DNA of 64,000 bases from positions 32,505 through 96,504 of the forward strand of contig CAIRNR010000006.1 in NCBI GenBank assembly GCA_903879985.1, given 5' to 3'. Below the pieces are notes generated by a model, which was not told where the DNA came from, did no database searches, and saw only the letters and a list, made by a program, of their open reading frames with translations. This document shows positions 27,841 to 37,435 of the stretch, in pieces (positions within the stretch are counted from its first letter, which is position 1; every line of letters begins with the position of its first letter). This stretch comes from an uncultured candidate division WWE3 bacterium. GTDB lineage: Bacteria > Patescibacteriota > WWE3 > UBA101185 > UBA10185. Both the position numbers and the translations under genes were made by a program.

Positions 27841-28230
27841 ATGGGATTAAATATGTCTATACAAATAATGGTAATTGAAGATGAAGAACTTTTATTAAAG
27901 GCTATTGTTAAAAAACTCACAATACATAACTTTGAAACTATTTCCTGTACAAGTGCAGAACAAGCATTGGACTACATGGAAAGTTTGGAAAAGAATCCAG
28001 ATGCAATTTGGCTTGATTACCACTTAAAAGGGATGAATGGCCTGGAGTTTATTGAAAAAGTTAAAGAAAATACTAAATGGGCAAATATTCCTATTGTTGT
28101 TGTAAGCAATTCTGCTGGAGATGAAACCGTAAAAACAGTATTAGCACTTGGCGCAGATAAATATTTATTAAAAGCAAAATATAAACTTGAAGACGTTATA
28201 GCCATCGTACAAGAATTAATTAAAAAGTAA
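27841..28230 (+). CDS. Stand-alone response-regulator receiver (REC) domain protein
   Basis: IMVIEDEE...WLDYHLKGMNG...IVVVSN; no output domain. The start may be ATG 27853. Confidence 0.7.
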   Translation: MGLNMSIQIMVIEDEELLLKAIVKKLTIHNFETISCTSAEQALDYMESLEKNPDAIWLDYHLKGMNGLEFIEKVKENTKWANIPIVVVSNSAGDETVKTVLALGADKYLLKAKYKLEDVIAIVQELIKK

Positions 28231-28234
28231 ATCT

Positions 28235-28597
28235 ATGAAAAAAATACTAATAGCCGAAGACGACAGATTTTTACAGAATATATATAGAGTGAAACTTACC
28301 AAAGAAGGCTTTGAAGTCCGTGTAGCAGGAGATGGCCAAGAATTTTTAGAAGAATTAAAAACTTTTACTCCCGATGTAATACTTTTGGATTTAGTCATGC
28401 CTGTGGTAGACGGATTTACTGTGCTACAAACTGTAAAATCGGACCCAAAGTTTAAAAATATCCCTGTTATTGTCACTTCAAACTTGGGACAAGACGAAGA
28501 TGTTAAAAAAGCGATGAAACTTGGAGCGAAAGATTACATTATAAAAAGCGACACAGCACTATCGGGTATAATCGAAAAAATAAAAGCTGATTTGTGA
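28235..28597 (+). CDS. Stand-alone response-regulator receiver (REC) domain protein
   Basis: KILIAEDD...ILLDLVMPVVDG...VIVTSN...K; no output domain. Confidence 0.75.
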   Translation: MKKILIAEDDRFLQNIYRVKLTKEGFEVRVAGDGQEFLEELKTFTPDVILLDLVMPVVDGFTVLQTVKSDPKFKNIPVIVTSNLGQDEDVKKAMKLGAKDYIIKSDTALSGIIEKIKADL

Positions 28598-28612
28598 TAA
28601 TATTTATTAATA

Positions 28613-30277
28613 ATGCCTGCCCCAATAGATCAACAACTTGTTAATTCCCTTATTGAATTAGAGCTTATTAAAAAAGAGCAACTGGATAAAGCTATCGCTG
28701 AAGCTAAAAGTAGTAACACTGATTTGGGCGTATATTTAGTTGAAAACGATTTTATCTCTGACGAAAACCTTGGCAAACTTATTGCCGATTTACTTAAATT
28801 TCCACTAATCAGGCTTGCGAATGTAAACATTCCGCCAAACATTATAAGCATTGTACCCGCAGAATTTGCCGAGAAATTTAAGATCATACCTTTTAAACGA
28901 GATCAAGGAAAACTTTTAGTTGCCACCACTAATCCAAACAACAAAGAGGTTATGGATAATCTTTCTAAGAAAAGTGGCTTGCCTGTTGAGGTTTATTACG
29001 CAACCGAACTTGATATTAAAGAAAACCTGCATTTGTTTAAAAAGAAATTGGAAACAGTTTACAAAGACTTAACCGTAAGTAATAAAGGAGCAAAGTTAGG
29101 AAAAATTCTCGACGACAACTTACCAATAGATAAAATTGTTATTACTCTTGTGGAATACGCCTATGATAATAGGGCATCAGATATTCATATAGAGCCTCGA
29201 GATCAGCATTCGGTAATCAGGTTTAGAATCGACGGCACACTTCACGACATGTTAACAATCCCAAAAACTACACATGACCAAATAATTAACAAAATAAAAG
29301 TGGATTCTAAGCTAAGAACGGATGAGCACATGAGTTCACAAGACGGAAAAATGCAGGAAAAAGTTAAGGAGGAAGAAATTGATATCAGAATTTCTATTAT
29401 GCCTGTAGTTGGGGGAGAAAACTGCGTTTTACGACTTTTAACGTCAACGTCACACCAATACGGATTGCAAGATTTAGGAATGAGCGAAAAAGATTTTAAA
29501 AAGGTCACAAATGGTTTTACAAAACCTTACGGAATGATTTTATCAACAGGACCTACTGGTTCAGGTAAAACTACATCCATGTATTCCATATTAAAAATAC
29601 TAAACACGAGGGAAGTGAATATAGCTACAATCGAAGATCCGGTTGAATATACTATCGAAGGAATTACCCAGATCCAAGTAAACAATAAAACCAACTTATC
29701 ATTTGCCGCCGGTTTACGTTCAATATTAAGACAGGACCCAAACATTATATATGTGGGAGAAATTCGAGATTCAGAAACTGCGGGAATAGCTATTAACTCC
29801 GCAATGACAGGACACTTAGTTTTATCCACACTACACACAAACGACGCCGCCACAGCTCTGCCACGACTTATTGATATGGATATAGAACCGTTTTTAATAG
29901 CTTCAACTGTTAACGTAATTGTTGCACAACGACTTGTTAGAAAAATTTGTGACTCCTGCAAGGTTTCTTACAGCATAACTCCAGCTGAAATAACGAAAAA
30001 ATATGGCTTAACCTTAAGTAAAACGACTGATACACTTTACATGGGAAAAGGATGTCCTGTTTGCAATAACACAGGATATGCCGACCGAATTGGTATTTTT
30101 GAAATTCTTGAAATCACGGACGCAATAAGAAAACTGATTACACAAAAGGCAACCGCAGACGAAATAGCACAACAAGCGGTAAAAGAGGGCATGACAACAA
30201 TGCTTAAAGACGGAATAGGTAAAGCCGTAATGGGAATTACAACGCTGGACGAAATATTAAGAGCAACTCGAGGATAA
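28613..30277 (+). CDS. pilB: Type IV pilus assembly ATPase PilB/GspE family
   Basis: N-terminal GSPII_E_N-like domain, Walker A GPTGSGKTT, Walker B/Asp box, and tetra-Cys CDSC...CPVC. Confidence 0.85.
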   Translation: MPAPIDQQLVNSLIELELIKKEQLDKAIAEAKSSNTDLGVYLVENDFISDENLGKLIADLLKFPLIRLANVNIPPNIISIVPAEFAEKFKIIPFKRDQGKLLVATTNPNNKEVMDNLSKKSGLPVEVYYATELDIKENLHLFKKKLETVYKDLTVSNKGAKLGKILDDNLPIDKIVITLVEYAYDNRASDIHIEPRDQHSVIRFRIDGTLHDMLTIPKTTHDQIINKIKVDSKLRTDEHMSSQDGKMQEKVKEEEIDIRISIMPVVGGENCVLRLLTSTSHQYGLQDLGMSEKDFKKVTNGFTKPYGMILSTGPTGSGKTTSMYSILKILNTREVNIATIEDPVEYTIEGITQIQVNNKTNLSFAAGLRSILRQDPNIIYVGEIRDSETAGIAINSAMTGHLVLSTLHTNDAATALPRLIDMDIEPFLIASTVNVIVAQRLVRKICDSCKVSYSITPAEITKKYGLTLSKTTDTLYMGKGCPVCNNTGYADRIGIFEILEITDAIRKLITQKATADEIAQQAVKEGMTTMLKDGIGKAVMGITTLDEILRATRG

Positions 30278-30290
30278 TTGAGGATAATTT

Positions 30291-31334
30291 ATGAGTTTTA
30301 ATACAGACAAACTTTTATTTACAAAACATTTAGCAATCATGCTTAAGGCAGGTATTCCTATTGCCGAGGCAATTGAAACTGTATCAGATCAAAGCGCCAA
30401 TTCGGGATTCAAAAAAATATTAACCAGCATTTATAAAGATGTTTCAGAGGGACGCACATTACAAACCGCTTTGTCACGATATCCAAAAGTTTTTGATGCT
30501 ATTTACATAAACCTTGTTAGAACCGGTGAAGAATCGGGCGATCTCGACGAAAGTTTAAAATTTTTAACAGAACAACTAGAACGTGACGGAAAATTCAGGC
30601 AAAAAGTAATAGCAGCATCAATGTATCCTTCAATTGTATTAATCACAGCCTTTATTGTTAGCGCGCAAATCAGCTTATATGTACTTCCAAAACTTACCGA
30701 TTTGTTTCAATCAATGGACGTGGATCTTCCGATTACAACAAAAATATTGTTATGGTTTGCAGACTTAATGAAATACCATGGATATGAAATTTTCGGCGGG
30801 ATCTTTGCACTTGGAGTACTTTTTAGGTTAACGTTGTTAAACAAAAAAATCAGATATGCTTGGCAATCTCTCATACTCAAACTTCCAACAATTGGAAACT
30901 TTAATAGAAACATAGAAATGGCAATAATATGCAGAAATATCGGAACAATGCTACGAAGTGGTGTTCCAATAGCTAAAACTCTAGATACATTAAGCTTATC
31001 AACATCAAACTTAATTTTTAGAGACTACCTTAGAGATCTTTTAAAATCCGTTACCATGGGAACAACATTTTCTTCGGAACTGCGTAACAAAAAATATAAA
31101 TACATTCCAAAAATTGCTGTAAAGATGATTGGGGTAGGGGAGAAAACCGGAAAATTGGATGAGTCATTTATTTATCTAGGAGACTATTTTGAAGATGAGG
31201 TAGATAACCTAATGAAAAATCTTTCAACAATTTTGGAACCGGCACTTTTACTGGTAATTGGTTTTTTCGTTGCATTTTTAGCACTCGCAATTATTACACC
31301 AATTTATCAATTTACCGGTAGTATACATAACTAA
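30291..31334 (+). CDS. pilC: Type IV pilus platform protein PilC/GspF family
   Basis: Two T2SSF-like repeats (LVRTGEESGDLDESL; MIGVGEKTGKLDESF) and 3 TM segments. Confidence 0.75.
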   Translation: MSFNTDKLLFTKHLAIMLKAGIPIAEAIETVSDQSANSGFKKILTSIYKDVSEGRTLQTALSRYPKVFDAIYINLVRTGEESGDLDESLKFLTEQLERDGKFRQKVIAASMYPSIVLITAFIVSAQISLYVLPKLTDLFQSMDVDLPITTKILLWFADLMKYHGYEIFGGIFALGVLFRLTLLNKKIRYAWQSLILKLPTIGNFNRNIEMAIICRNIGTMLRSGVPIAKTLDTLSLSTSNLIFRDYLRDLLKSVTMGTTFSSELRNKKYKYIPKIAVKMIGVGEKTGKLDESFIYLGDYFEDEVDNLMKNLSTILEPALLLVIGFFVAFLALAIITPIYQFTGSIHN

Positions 31335-31335
31335 A

Positions 31336-31761
31336 ATGAAAGGTTTTACATTATCAGAAATGTTATTGGTTGTTACCATTATCATAATTCTGAGTCTTAT
31401 TGGAACTCCACTTTTCAGCAGACTTATAATGCAAACCTCCGTAACACGTACGGCAGAACAAATAGTAGCCACGATGAGAAAAGCTCAAAGCTATGCTATG
31501 TCCGATAAACAAAATAGTAACTGGGGAGTAACTTACACTGGAGGTAATATGGTACTTTTCTCAGGCACTACGTATGCTACTAGAACCGCAGCCTTTGATG
31601 AAACAACAGCATTAAACCCAAATATAGCGATAACCGGATTCACGGAAACTGTATTTTTAAAACCCACAGGTAATGTTGCTGCACCTGTAACCATAAATTT
31701 GACCGAACCTGAAAGATCCGAAACAATTACAGTAAACACACAGGGAGTTGTAAGTCGATGA
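31336..31761 (+). CDS. Pseudopilin / minor pilin (prepilin-type N-terminal cleavage/methylation domain)
   Basis: MKG|FTLSEMLLVVTIIIIL: class III signal with G-1, F+1, E+5. Confidence 0.65.
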   Translation: MKGFTLSEMLLVVTIIIILSLIGTPLFSRLIMQTSVTRTAEQIVATMRKAQSYAMSDKQNSNWGVTYTGGNMVLFSGTTYATRTAAFDETTALNPNIAITGFTETVFLKPTGNVAAPVTINLTEPERSETITVNTQGVVSR

Positions 31762-33206
31762 CGATTGTAAAAGGTAAAAAAAATGGATTCTCAGTAATAG
31801 AAGTCATTTTAGCTGCAGGACTATTTGTAATGTTTGCCTCCGGAATAATGACGTTAACTGTGGATGGTTTGGGTATGGGCCGATTAGCAATAGAGCAATT
31901 ACAAGCAAGTGAATTTAATTCTGAGGGTAAAGAAGCTGTAAGGTCTATAAAAAATGAATCGTACGCGGCACTAACAGCAGGATCAAACTACGGCGTAGCT
32001 TCTTCAACTAATGGGTGGGTACTTAAAGCAGGTTCCGATAATTTTGACAAATATTATAGAGCCATATCAATCTCAACGGTACAAAGAGACGCTAACGGAA
32101 ATATAGTTGCATCTGGAGGTACCGTAGATGCAAACACAATGCGTGCGGATATCACGACTACATGGAATTATTCACCGACAAGAAGTAATTCTGTATCATT
32201 CAATAATTATTTTACAAACTGGGAATTGAAATTTATAGGAAATTATAGTTCGCCTTTGCAAGACGCCATTGTAAATTTAACCGGAAGCACAGGAGGATAC
32301 GATATAGCAGCAAGTGGTAACTTTGCGTACGTCACCGTGGTAGCGGCATCATCTAACTTTGCTGTAATAAATATCACAAATTCATCATCGCCTTCCATTT
32401 CATCAAGCATCAACTTACCAGGTAAACCTGCAGGAATTAATCATGCTATGACCGGAAACTATGCATATGTGGCAAATTCGGCCACAGCTAATGAACTAGA
32501 AGTAGTAAACGTGACCACACCAACTGCAGCCATTTTATCGGGAAGTTACAATGCTGCAGGTAATAATGCAGGTACCGATGTCTTTGTCCAAGGAACAAGG
32601 GCGTACCTTACAAGGGCAGGTTCAACACCATCACCTAATTTTATTGTATTAAATATAACTTCACCAACTTCACCAGCGCTAATGGGATCATTAACATTGG
32701 CCGGCAGTGCTGTGGCGTTATACGTATCAGGAAGTTATGCATTTGTGGCAAGCTCAACTGCACCGCAAGGATTACAAGTAGTTAATATAACCTCACCGTC
32801 ATCACCAACGCTGGCAGGGTCATTGAGTTTAACTGGAACAGCACCCAGTACAGCCATAGATGTTTACGGAAATACTGCTTTTGTGGGTAGAAGGGATGGG
32901 TCAATCGCGGTCATAAATATTACAGCGCCTTCGTCACCAACACTTATATCAACATACTCAACAGGGACTGTAGCTGTAACAGGAATAGACACGGATCCGA
33001 CGGGAACATATTTATTTGCGTCCACAGCAACCACAACGGCAGGAATAAAAATAATAGATATATCCACACTCACAGCACTGGTTCCTTATGGAAGTTATAC
33101 AACCACGTCGGCTAACAATAATATCTTTTATCATGCTGCAAAAGATAGGCTACTGGTAGCAAATTCCAACTCAGCACAAGAAGTAATTATTTTGAAACCG
33201 CAGTAG
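31758..33206 (+). CDS. Prepilin-like protein fused to LVIVD-repeat beta-propeller (putative tip/minor pilin adhesin)
   Basis: N-terminus KKNG|FSVIEVILAAGLFV. About 6 repeats of ...YA(Y/F)VA....L.VVNIT.PS.P.L.GS... (LVIVD-type). Confidence 0.55.
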   Translation: MTIVKGKKNGFSVIEVILAAGLFVMFASGIMTLTVDGLGMGRLAIEQLQASEFNSEGKEAVRSIKNESYAALTAGSNYGVASSTNGWVLKAGSDNFDKYYRAISISTVQRDANGNIVASGGTVDANTMRADITTTWNYSPTRSNSVSFNNYFTNWELKFIGNYSSPLQDAIVNLTGSTGGYDIAASGNFAYVTVVAASSNFAVINITNSSSPSISSSINLPGKPAGINHAMTGNYAYVANSATANELEVVNVTTPTAAILSGSYNAAGNNAGTDVFVQGTRAYLTRAGSTPSPNFIVLNITSPTSPALMGSLTLAGSAVALYVSGSYAFVASSTAPQGLQVVNITSPSSPTLAGSLSLTGTAPSTAIDVYGNTAFVGRRDGSIAVINITAPSSPTLISTYSTGTVAVTGIDTDPTGTYLFASTATTTAGIKIIDISTLTALVPYGSYTTTSANNNIFYHAAKDRLLVANSNSAQEVIILKPQ

Positions 33207-33226
33207 TGCAGTAATTTGAATATTAT

Positions 33227-33760
33227 ATGAAAAATGTTAAAAACGGAATTACATACATAGAATTGTTGTTATATATAGCGTTGATTGGTGTTTTAATTTC
33301 AGCTGTAATACCTTTTACCTTAGCCGTAATTCAAAATGGTGAAAAGAGTAATACTCAAAGAGAGGTTACAAATGCAGCATACGTTGTTACCGAAAAAATA
33401 AAAGCTCAAATACGTAACGGTAGAACAATTAACTCAGGATCATCTAACTTTGACGTAGATTTGGCGTCAAGTTCGGCAAACCAAATTTCAATCGGAGGTT
33501 CCGCACCAAACGATCCGATTTTAATTAACGTTACACCTCAAGGAATTGCTCAAATAAAGATCGGGGCAAATGCGGCGGTTGCATTAAATCCAGCGAGTAC
33601 ACATGTTTCCAGTTTGGTATTTAAAAATAATTCGCCCACAGATTTAAGATCGAAAAACCTGTCTTTTATACTAACAATGACTTCCTCTTACGCAGGAAGC
33701 AGTCCGTACTATACTTACAGTATTACAGTACGAAGTGCAGCGGAACTCCGGAGTAACTAA
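33227..33760 (+). CDS. Pseudopilin / minor pilin
   Basis: VKNG|ITYIELLLYIALIGVL prepilin N-terminus. Confidence 0.55.
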   Translation: MKNVKNGITYIELLLYIALIGVLISAVIPFTLAVIQNGEKSNTQREVTNAAYVVTEKIKAQIRNGRTINSGSSNFDVDLASSSANQISIGGSAPNDPILINVTPQGIAQIKIGANAAVALNPASTHVSSLVFKNNSPTDLRSKNLSFILTMTSSYAGSSPYYTYSITVRSAAELRSN

Positions 33761-34176
33761 TGAAAAATACAAAACTAATAGTACAAAAACACAAAGAAGC
33801 GCGTAAAAATGGATTTGCGGCAATGCTAACTGTTTTAATATTGTCGGCGGTTATTTTAATTATCGTGGGAACAATTTCACTATTATCAATAGGGCAGGGA
33901 CAGGCAATGCTGGCAAACACAAATGGAGCTACCGAACGGGACCAAGCTTATAGCTGCGCCGAAGAAGCGTTAGCACGCTTAAGAGTTGCTGCTGGTTATA
34001 CAGGAGGAACTATAACATTTCCTAATGGAACGTCATGTGCAGTTACAGTGACACATGTGTTAAGAGTTTATACGCTTACAGTTACTACAAACGATTCAAC
34101 CAAATACGTAACAACACTTAAGATAATAGTTACAAGAGCAAATGCAATTACAATTTCATCTTGGATAGAAATCTGA
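33760..34176 (+). CDS. Pseudopilin-like protein (no Glu at +5)
   Basis: RKNG|FAAMLTVLILSAVILIIV; hydrophobic N-terminal helix but no E5. Confidence 0.45.
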   Translation: MKNTKLIVQKHKEARKNGFAAMLTVLILSAVILIIVGTISLLSIGQGQAMLANTNGATERDQAYSCAEEALARLRVAAGYTGGTITFPNGTSCAVTVTHVLRVYTLTVTTNDSTKYVTTLKIIVTRANAITISSWIEI

Positions 34177-34183
34177 CCTAAAA

Positions 34184-34212
34184 TTGACAATCATATATTT
34201 TAGACATAGTAT
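34184..34212 (+). promoter_or_regulatory. Sigma70-like promoter of pilin 1 (TTGACA-17-TAGTAT)
   Basis: The hexamers were read directly from the sequence. A conserved AGTAGATATTTAAGGA 5'-UTR follows, shared with pilin 3. Confidence 0.4.
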
Positions 34213-34243
34213 TTATGGAGTAGATATTTAAGGAATTATTAAA

Positions 34244-34708
34244 ATGAAACTGCCTAAAAATGAGAAAGCTTTTACACTTATTGAACTTTTACTCGTAGTC
34301 GCAATTATTGCCACGTTAGCCGTAGTCGTATTTGTTGCTTTGAATCCTGCACAAAGATTAAAGGATTCCAAGGATGCCAGAAGAACTTCTGATATAGACA
34401 CAATACTGTCAGCCGTTCATGAATACATAATTGATAATAAAGGTGCATTACCAACATCTTCACCACAAGCAGAAGTCCAGCTAGGTACATCAGCGTCAGG
34501 TTGTGCAATATCAACTGGTGGTTGTTCTGCAGTAGCTGCAGCTTGCTATGATATGTCTACACTGTTAAATAAATACCTAAAATCTATGCCTATAGATCCA
34601 ACAGGAACTGCCGCAGGTACAAAGTACACAATCACAGTTGATGCAAATAACATTGTAACCGTTAAAGCTTGCGCGGCTGACACAGGTACAATTGTAGTTT
34701 CTAGATAA
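34244..34708 (+). CDS. pilA: Type IV major pilin, paralog 1
   Basis: MKLPKNEKA|FTLIELLLVVAIIATLAVVVFVALNPAQRLKD. Ala rather than Gly at -1. The C-terminal half carries 4 Cys. Confidence 0.7.
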   Translation: MKLPKNEKAFTLIELLLVVAIIATLAVVVFVALNPAQRLKDSKDARRTSDIDTILSAVHEYIIDNKGALPTSSPQAEVQLGTSASGCAISTGGCSAVAAACYDMSTLLNKYLKSMPIDPTGTAAGTKYTITVDANNIVTVKACAADTGTIVVSR

Positions 34709-34736
34709 ATTTAGAAATCTAAACTCGAATACATTT

Positions 34737-34767
34737 AAGGGTGCTGGGACAACAAACCAGCGCCCTT
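34737..34767 (+). terminator. Hairpin downstream of pilin 1 (weak T-tract)
   Basis: AAGGGTGCTGG...CCAGCGCCCTT with one G-U pair. Confidence 0.3.
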
Positions 34768-34849
34768 AATTATTCTCAGAAAAAATAAAGTTGACACTTG
34801 TTTTATACAGATCTATCCTTAACATAGTAAAAAAATTTTTCTATTTTAG

Positions 34850-35314
34850 ATGAAACTGCCCAATAACCAAAAAGCCTTTACACTTATAGAACTTCTTTTA
34901 GTCGTGGCAGTAATTGCTACCCTTGCCGTTATAGTATTTCTTGCGTTAAACCCAGCACAAAGACTGAAAGATGCAAAAGACGCTAGAAGAACTACTGACG
35001 TTGACCAGATTTTATCAGCAATACATGAATATGTTATTGATACAAAAGGTACATTTCCTGTAAGTTCGCCACAGGCCGAGGTACAACTTGGTACTGCAAC
35101 TTCTGGGTGCGGTATTGTTACCGGAGGATGCAATGCGCTATCAACAGCATGCACCGACTTATCCGTAAAACTCGTAAAATACCTAGACGTCATGCCAATA
35201 GATCCAACCGGCACACAATATGTTACAAAATACACTGTAATAGTTGATGCTAACAATATTGTAACCGTTAGAGCCTGCGCAGCCGATAATGGAAACATAT
35301 CCGCCTCAAGATAA
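34850..35314 (+). CDS. Type IV major pilin, paralog 2 (most divergent)
   Basis: MKLPNNQKA|FTLIELLLVVAVIATLAVIVFLALNPAQRLKD. Own TTGACA promoter at 34791. Confidence 0.7.
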   Translation: MKLPNNQKAFTLIELLLVVAVIATLAVIVFLALNPAQRLKDAKDARRTTDVDQILSAIHEYVIDTKGTFPVSSPQAEVQLGTATSGCGIVTGGCNALSTACTDLSVKLVKYLDVMPIDPTGTQYVTKYTVIVDANNIVTVRACAADNGNISASR

Positions 35315-35349
35315 ATACAAATATTAACTCACTTCCTACTGGATTTGAA

Positions 35350-35378
35350 TTGACATCTATCCCTTTAAGCCCTAGACT
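35350..35378 (+). promoter_or_regulatory. Sigma70-like promoter of pilin 3 (TTGACA-17-TAGACT)
   Basis: The hexamers were read directly from the sequence. Conserved 5'-UTR AGTAGATATTTTTTAAGGAG. Confidence 0.35.
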
Positions 35379-35410
35379 TTATGCAGTAGATATTTTTTAA
35401 GGAGAAAATA

Positions 35411-35875
35411 ATGAAACTGCCCAAAAATGAAAAAGCTTTTACATTAATTGAGCTTTTGTTAGTTGTCGCAATTATTGCAACGTTAGCCGTAGTAGTTTTC
35501 GTGGCTTTAAATCCAGCACAAAGACTTAAGGATTCTAAAGACGCAAGAAGAACCTCAGACGTAGATACTATATTGTCTGCAGTTCACGAATATATAATTG
35601 ATAACAAGGGTGTGTTACCAACCACATCACCACTTAACGAAATCCAGCTCGGTACATCCGCAGTAGGTTGTGCAATAGGTACAGGAACCTGCTCAGCCAA
35701 CGGAACCGCTTGTTTAGATTTAACGTCCACTTTAAACAAATACCTAAAATCTATACCTATCGATCCAACCGGAGTAGTAGGTGCTACAAAGTACACAATG
35801 GCTGTTGATTCCAACAACATTGTAACTGTCAAAGCCTGCGCTGCAGATACGTCAACAATATCAGCGTCTAGATAA
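35411..35875 (+). CDS. Type IV major pilin, paralog 3
   Basis: The N-terminal 70 aa are nearly identical to paralog 1. The central/C-terminal region diverges. The C-terminal NNIVTVKACAADT motif is conserved. Confidence 0.7.
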   Translation: MKLPKNEKAFTLIELLLVVAIIATLAVVVFVALNPAQRLKDSKDARRTSDVDTILSAVHEYIIDNKGVLPTTSPLNEIQLGTSAVGCAIGTGTCSANGTACLDLTSTLNKYLKSIPIDPTGVVGATKYTMAVDSNNIVTVKACAADTSTISASR

Positions 35876-35890
35876 TAAAGGAGAAAAAAT

Positions 35891-36667
35891 TTGTTTAATA
35901 GTGCCCTCGTCATTTTGTATGTTAAATCCCAGTCCCTGTGCGTTTACAAACAGGGGCTGGGTTTGTTAGCGAAGCTAGAACTCACCGAAGATTTGGTAGA
36001 ACATTTAGATATCATTAATCAAGATTTATTTTCAAAAACTGTAGCAGAATTTTTAATCAAACTTAAACTTAAAGGAAAAGAGGTTGGGATATTATTGGGA
36101 GATGATTGTATTTTCAGAAAAACTTTTGCTTCTATTACGCAACAAACTCAAGTAACTCAAACCGATATAGATGCTTTTTTGGAAACAGTTCCTTTAGAAA
36201 GAACAGATATTTTAAATAACGTTATCGAGGTTAGGGGAGAGACCAATATTTTTGCCACGAGTAAGATCTTTATTAATTCAATAAAAACAGCGTTATCTGC
36301 TAACAATATTTCTATAAATTATACTGCTCCTGTATGTGTAGTTTTACCCGATCCAAACAACATCATATTTGATAAAGATCAATTTAAAGAAATAAAAAGA
36401 CAAGAAGAAATTATTCATAGGGCGAGTTTTTTAGGGGAGCAAACGCAGAAAAAGAGACCTAACCCATTTGTAGTAGGCATATTTATATGTGTAGCACTAG
36501 CAGGAATAATATATGCAAGTGAAATGTATATTATTTATGCAAACAAACACCAAGCGTTATTAAAAATAAGACCAATACTGGAGCAAGTAACAGAAACGTC
36601 ACAGTCATCTCAAACGCCACAAACTTCCGAAACCAAAGAAACAAGCCCATCCGTAGACGTTAAATAG
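35891..36667 (+). CDS. Putative pilus-assembly membrane protein (PilM/PilN-like?) with a C-terminal TM and an S/T/Q-rich tail
   Basis: Position after the pilins. One TM (FVVGIFICVALAGIIYA), then SQSSQTPQTSETKETSPS. No diagnostic motif. Confidence 0.3.
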   Translation: MFNSALVILYVKSQSLCVYKQGLGLLAKLELTEDLVEHLDIINQDLFSKTVAEFLIKLKLKGKEVGILLGDDCIFRKTFASITQQTQVTQTDIDAFLETVPLERTDILNNVIEVRGETNIFATSKIFINSIKTALSANNISINYTAPVCVVLPDPNNIIFDKDQFKEIKRQEEIIHRASFLGEQTQKKRPNPFVVGIFICVALAGIIYASEMYIIYANKHQALLKIRPILEQVTETSQSSQTPQTSETKETSPSVDVK

Positions 36668-36717
36668 AAACACATATGCCATTGGCATAAATCGAGGTTT
36701 TACTTTACAATTTACGC

Positions 36718-37416
36718 ATGAACAAAAAAACTCAAGTTACATTACACTCATATTCGCTATTAATAATATTAGGTGTCGTAATTGCTTTTTCTTTCGGTGC
36801 ATGGTTCTTCATGGCTCTAAAAAGTCGCAACGAGGGGCAGTCTTCTAAAAGCAACAATAGTCCAGTGGTTGTCCAAACAGATACAAATTCTTTAACAACT
36901 AAGGACTTAACCTCAGCATCAACACCTGAATCCTCACCAACGCCACCAGCCGTTAAAACCAACGTAAGATCCGACGGAAAATTAACAACAGAAGATGGTT
37001 TTGCAATACGCTTTGACGGCACACCTTATACAAATGTTAGCGCACCAACTTCTGCAGGAACTACAAGTACTGAATATGCCGTCTCATCCGGTGGTAACGA
37101 CTACAGCGTAATAGTTTTGGTATATAACGCAATTCCACAGGCTAAAATTACAAAAACCGATTTGGATTCAATGCTAGAAAGCTCGGTGCTAGCCAACGGC
37201 TTTGAAACGGTGAAAAACTCAATTTTCTATTCAACAATGGGAGATGGCTCATTAGACTTTTTTGTATACAACAGCGCAAATAAAGACTATATGGACGGTA
37301 GAGTTGTAACCAAAAGTAGGGGATCACAATTTTATGTTTACATAGTCTCGGCTGTTTCAACAGAACAGGATCCTGTAGCCGTGACAAACTTCGTGAATTC
37401 GTTTGAGCTTCTGTAA
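36718..37416 (+). CDS. Membrane-anchored hypothetical protein (N-terminal TM, S/T-rich linker, globular domain)
   Basis: TM LLIILGVVIAFSFGAWFFMAL; low-complexity SSKSNNSP...TPESSPTPP. Confidence 0.35.
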   Translation: MNKKTQVTLHSYSLLIILGVVIAFSFGAWFFMALKSRNEGQSSKSNNSPVVVQTDTNSLTTKDLTSASTPESSPTPPAVKTNVRSDGKLTTEDGFAIRFDGTPYTNVSAPTSAGTTSTEYAVSSGGNDYSVIVLVYNAIPQAKITKTDLDSMLESSVLANGFETVKNSIFYSTMGDGSLDFFVYNSANKDYMDGRVVTKSRGSQFYVYIVSAVSTEQDPVAVTNFVNSFELL

Positions 37417-37435
37417 ACCAGAATAATAGAATAAT

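Noticed and set aside
34305-35913. Minus-strand ORFs 34305-34514, 34846-35298 and 35584-35913 overlapping the pilin genes
   Set aside because: They are antisense to well-supported pilin CDSs with canonical prepilin N-termini, and have no RBS or motif. Treated as frame artefacts.
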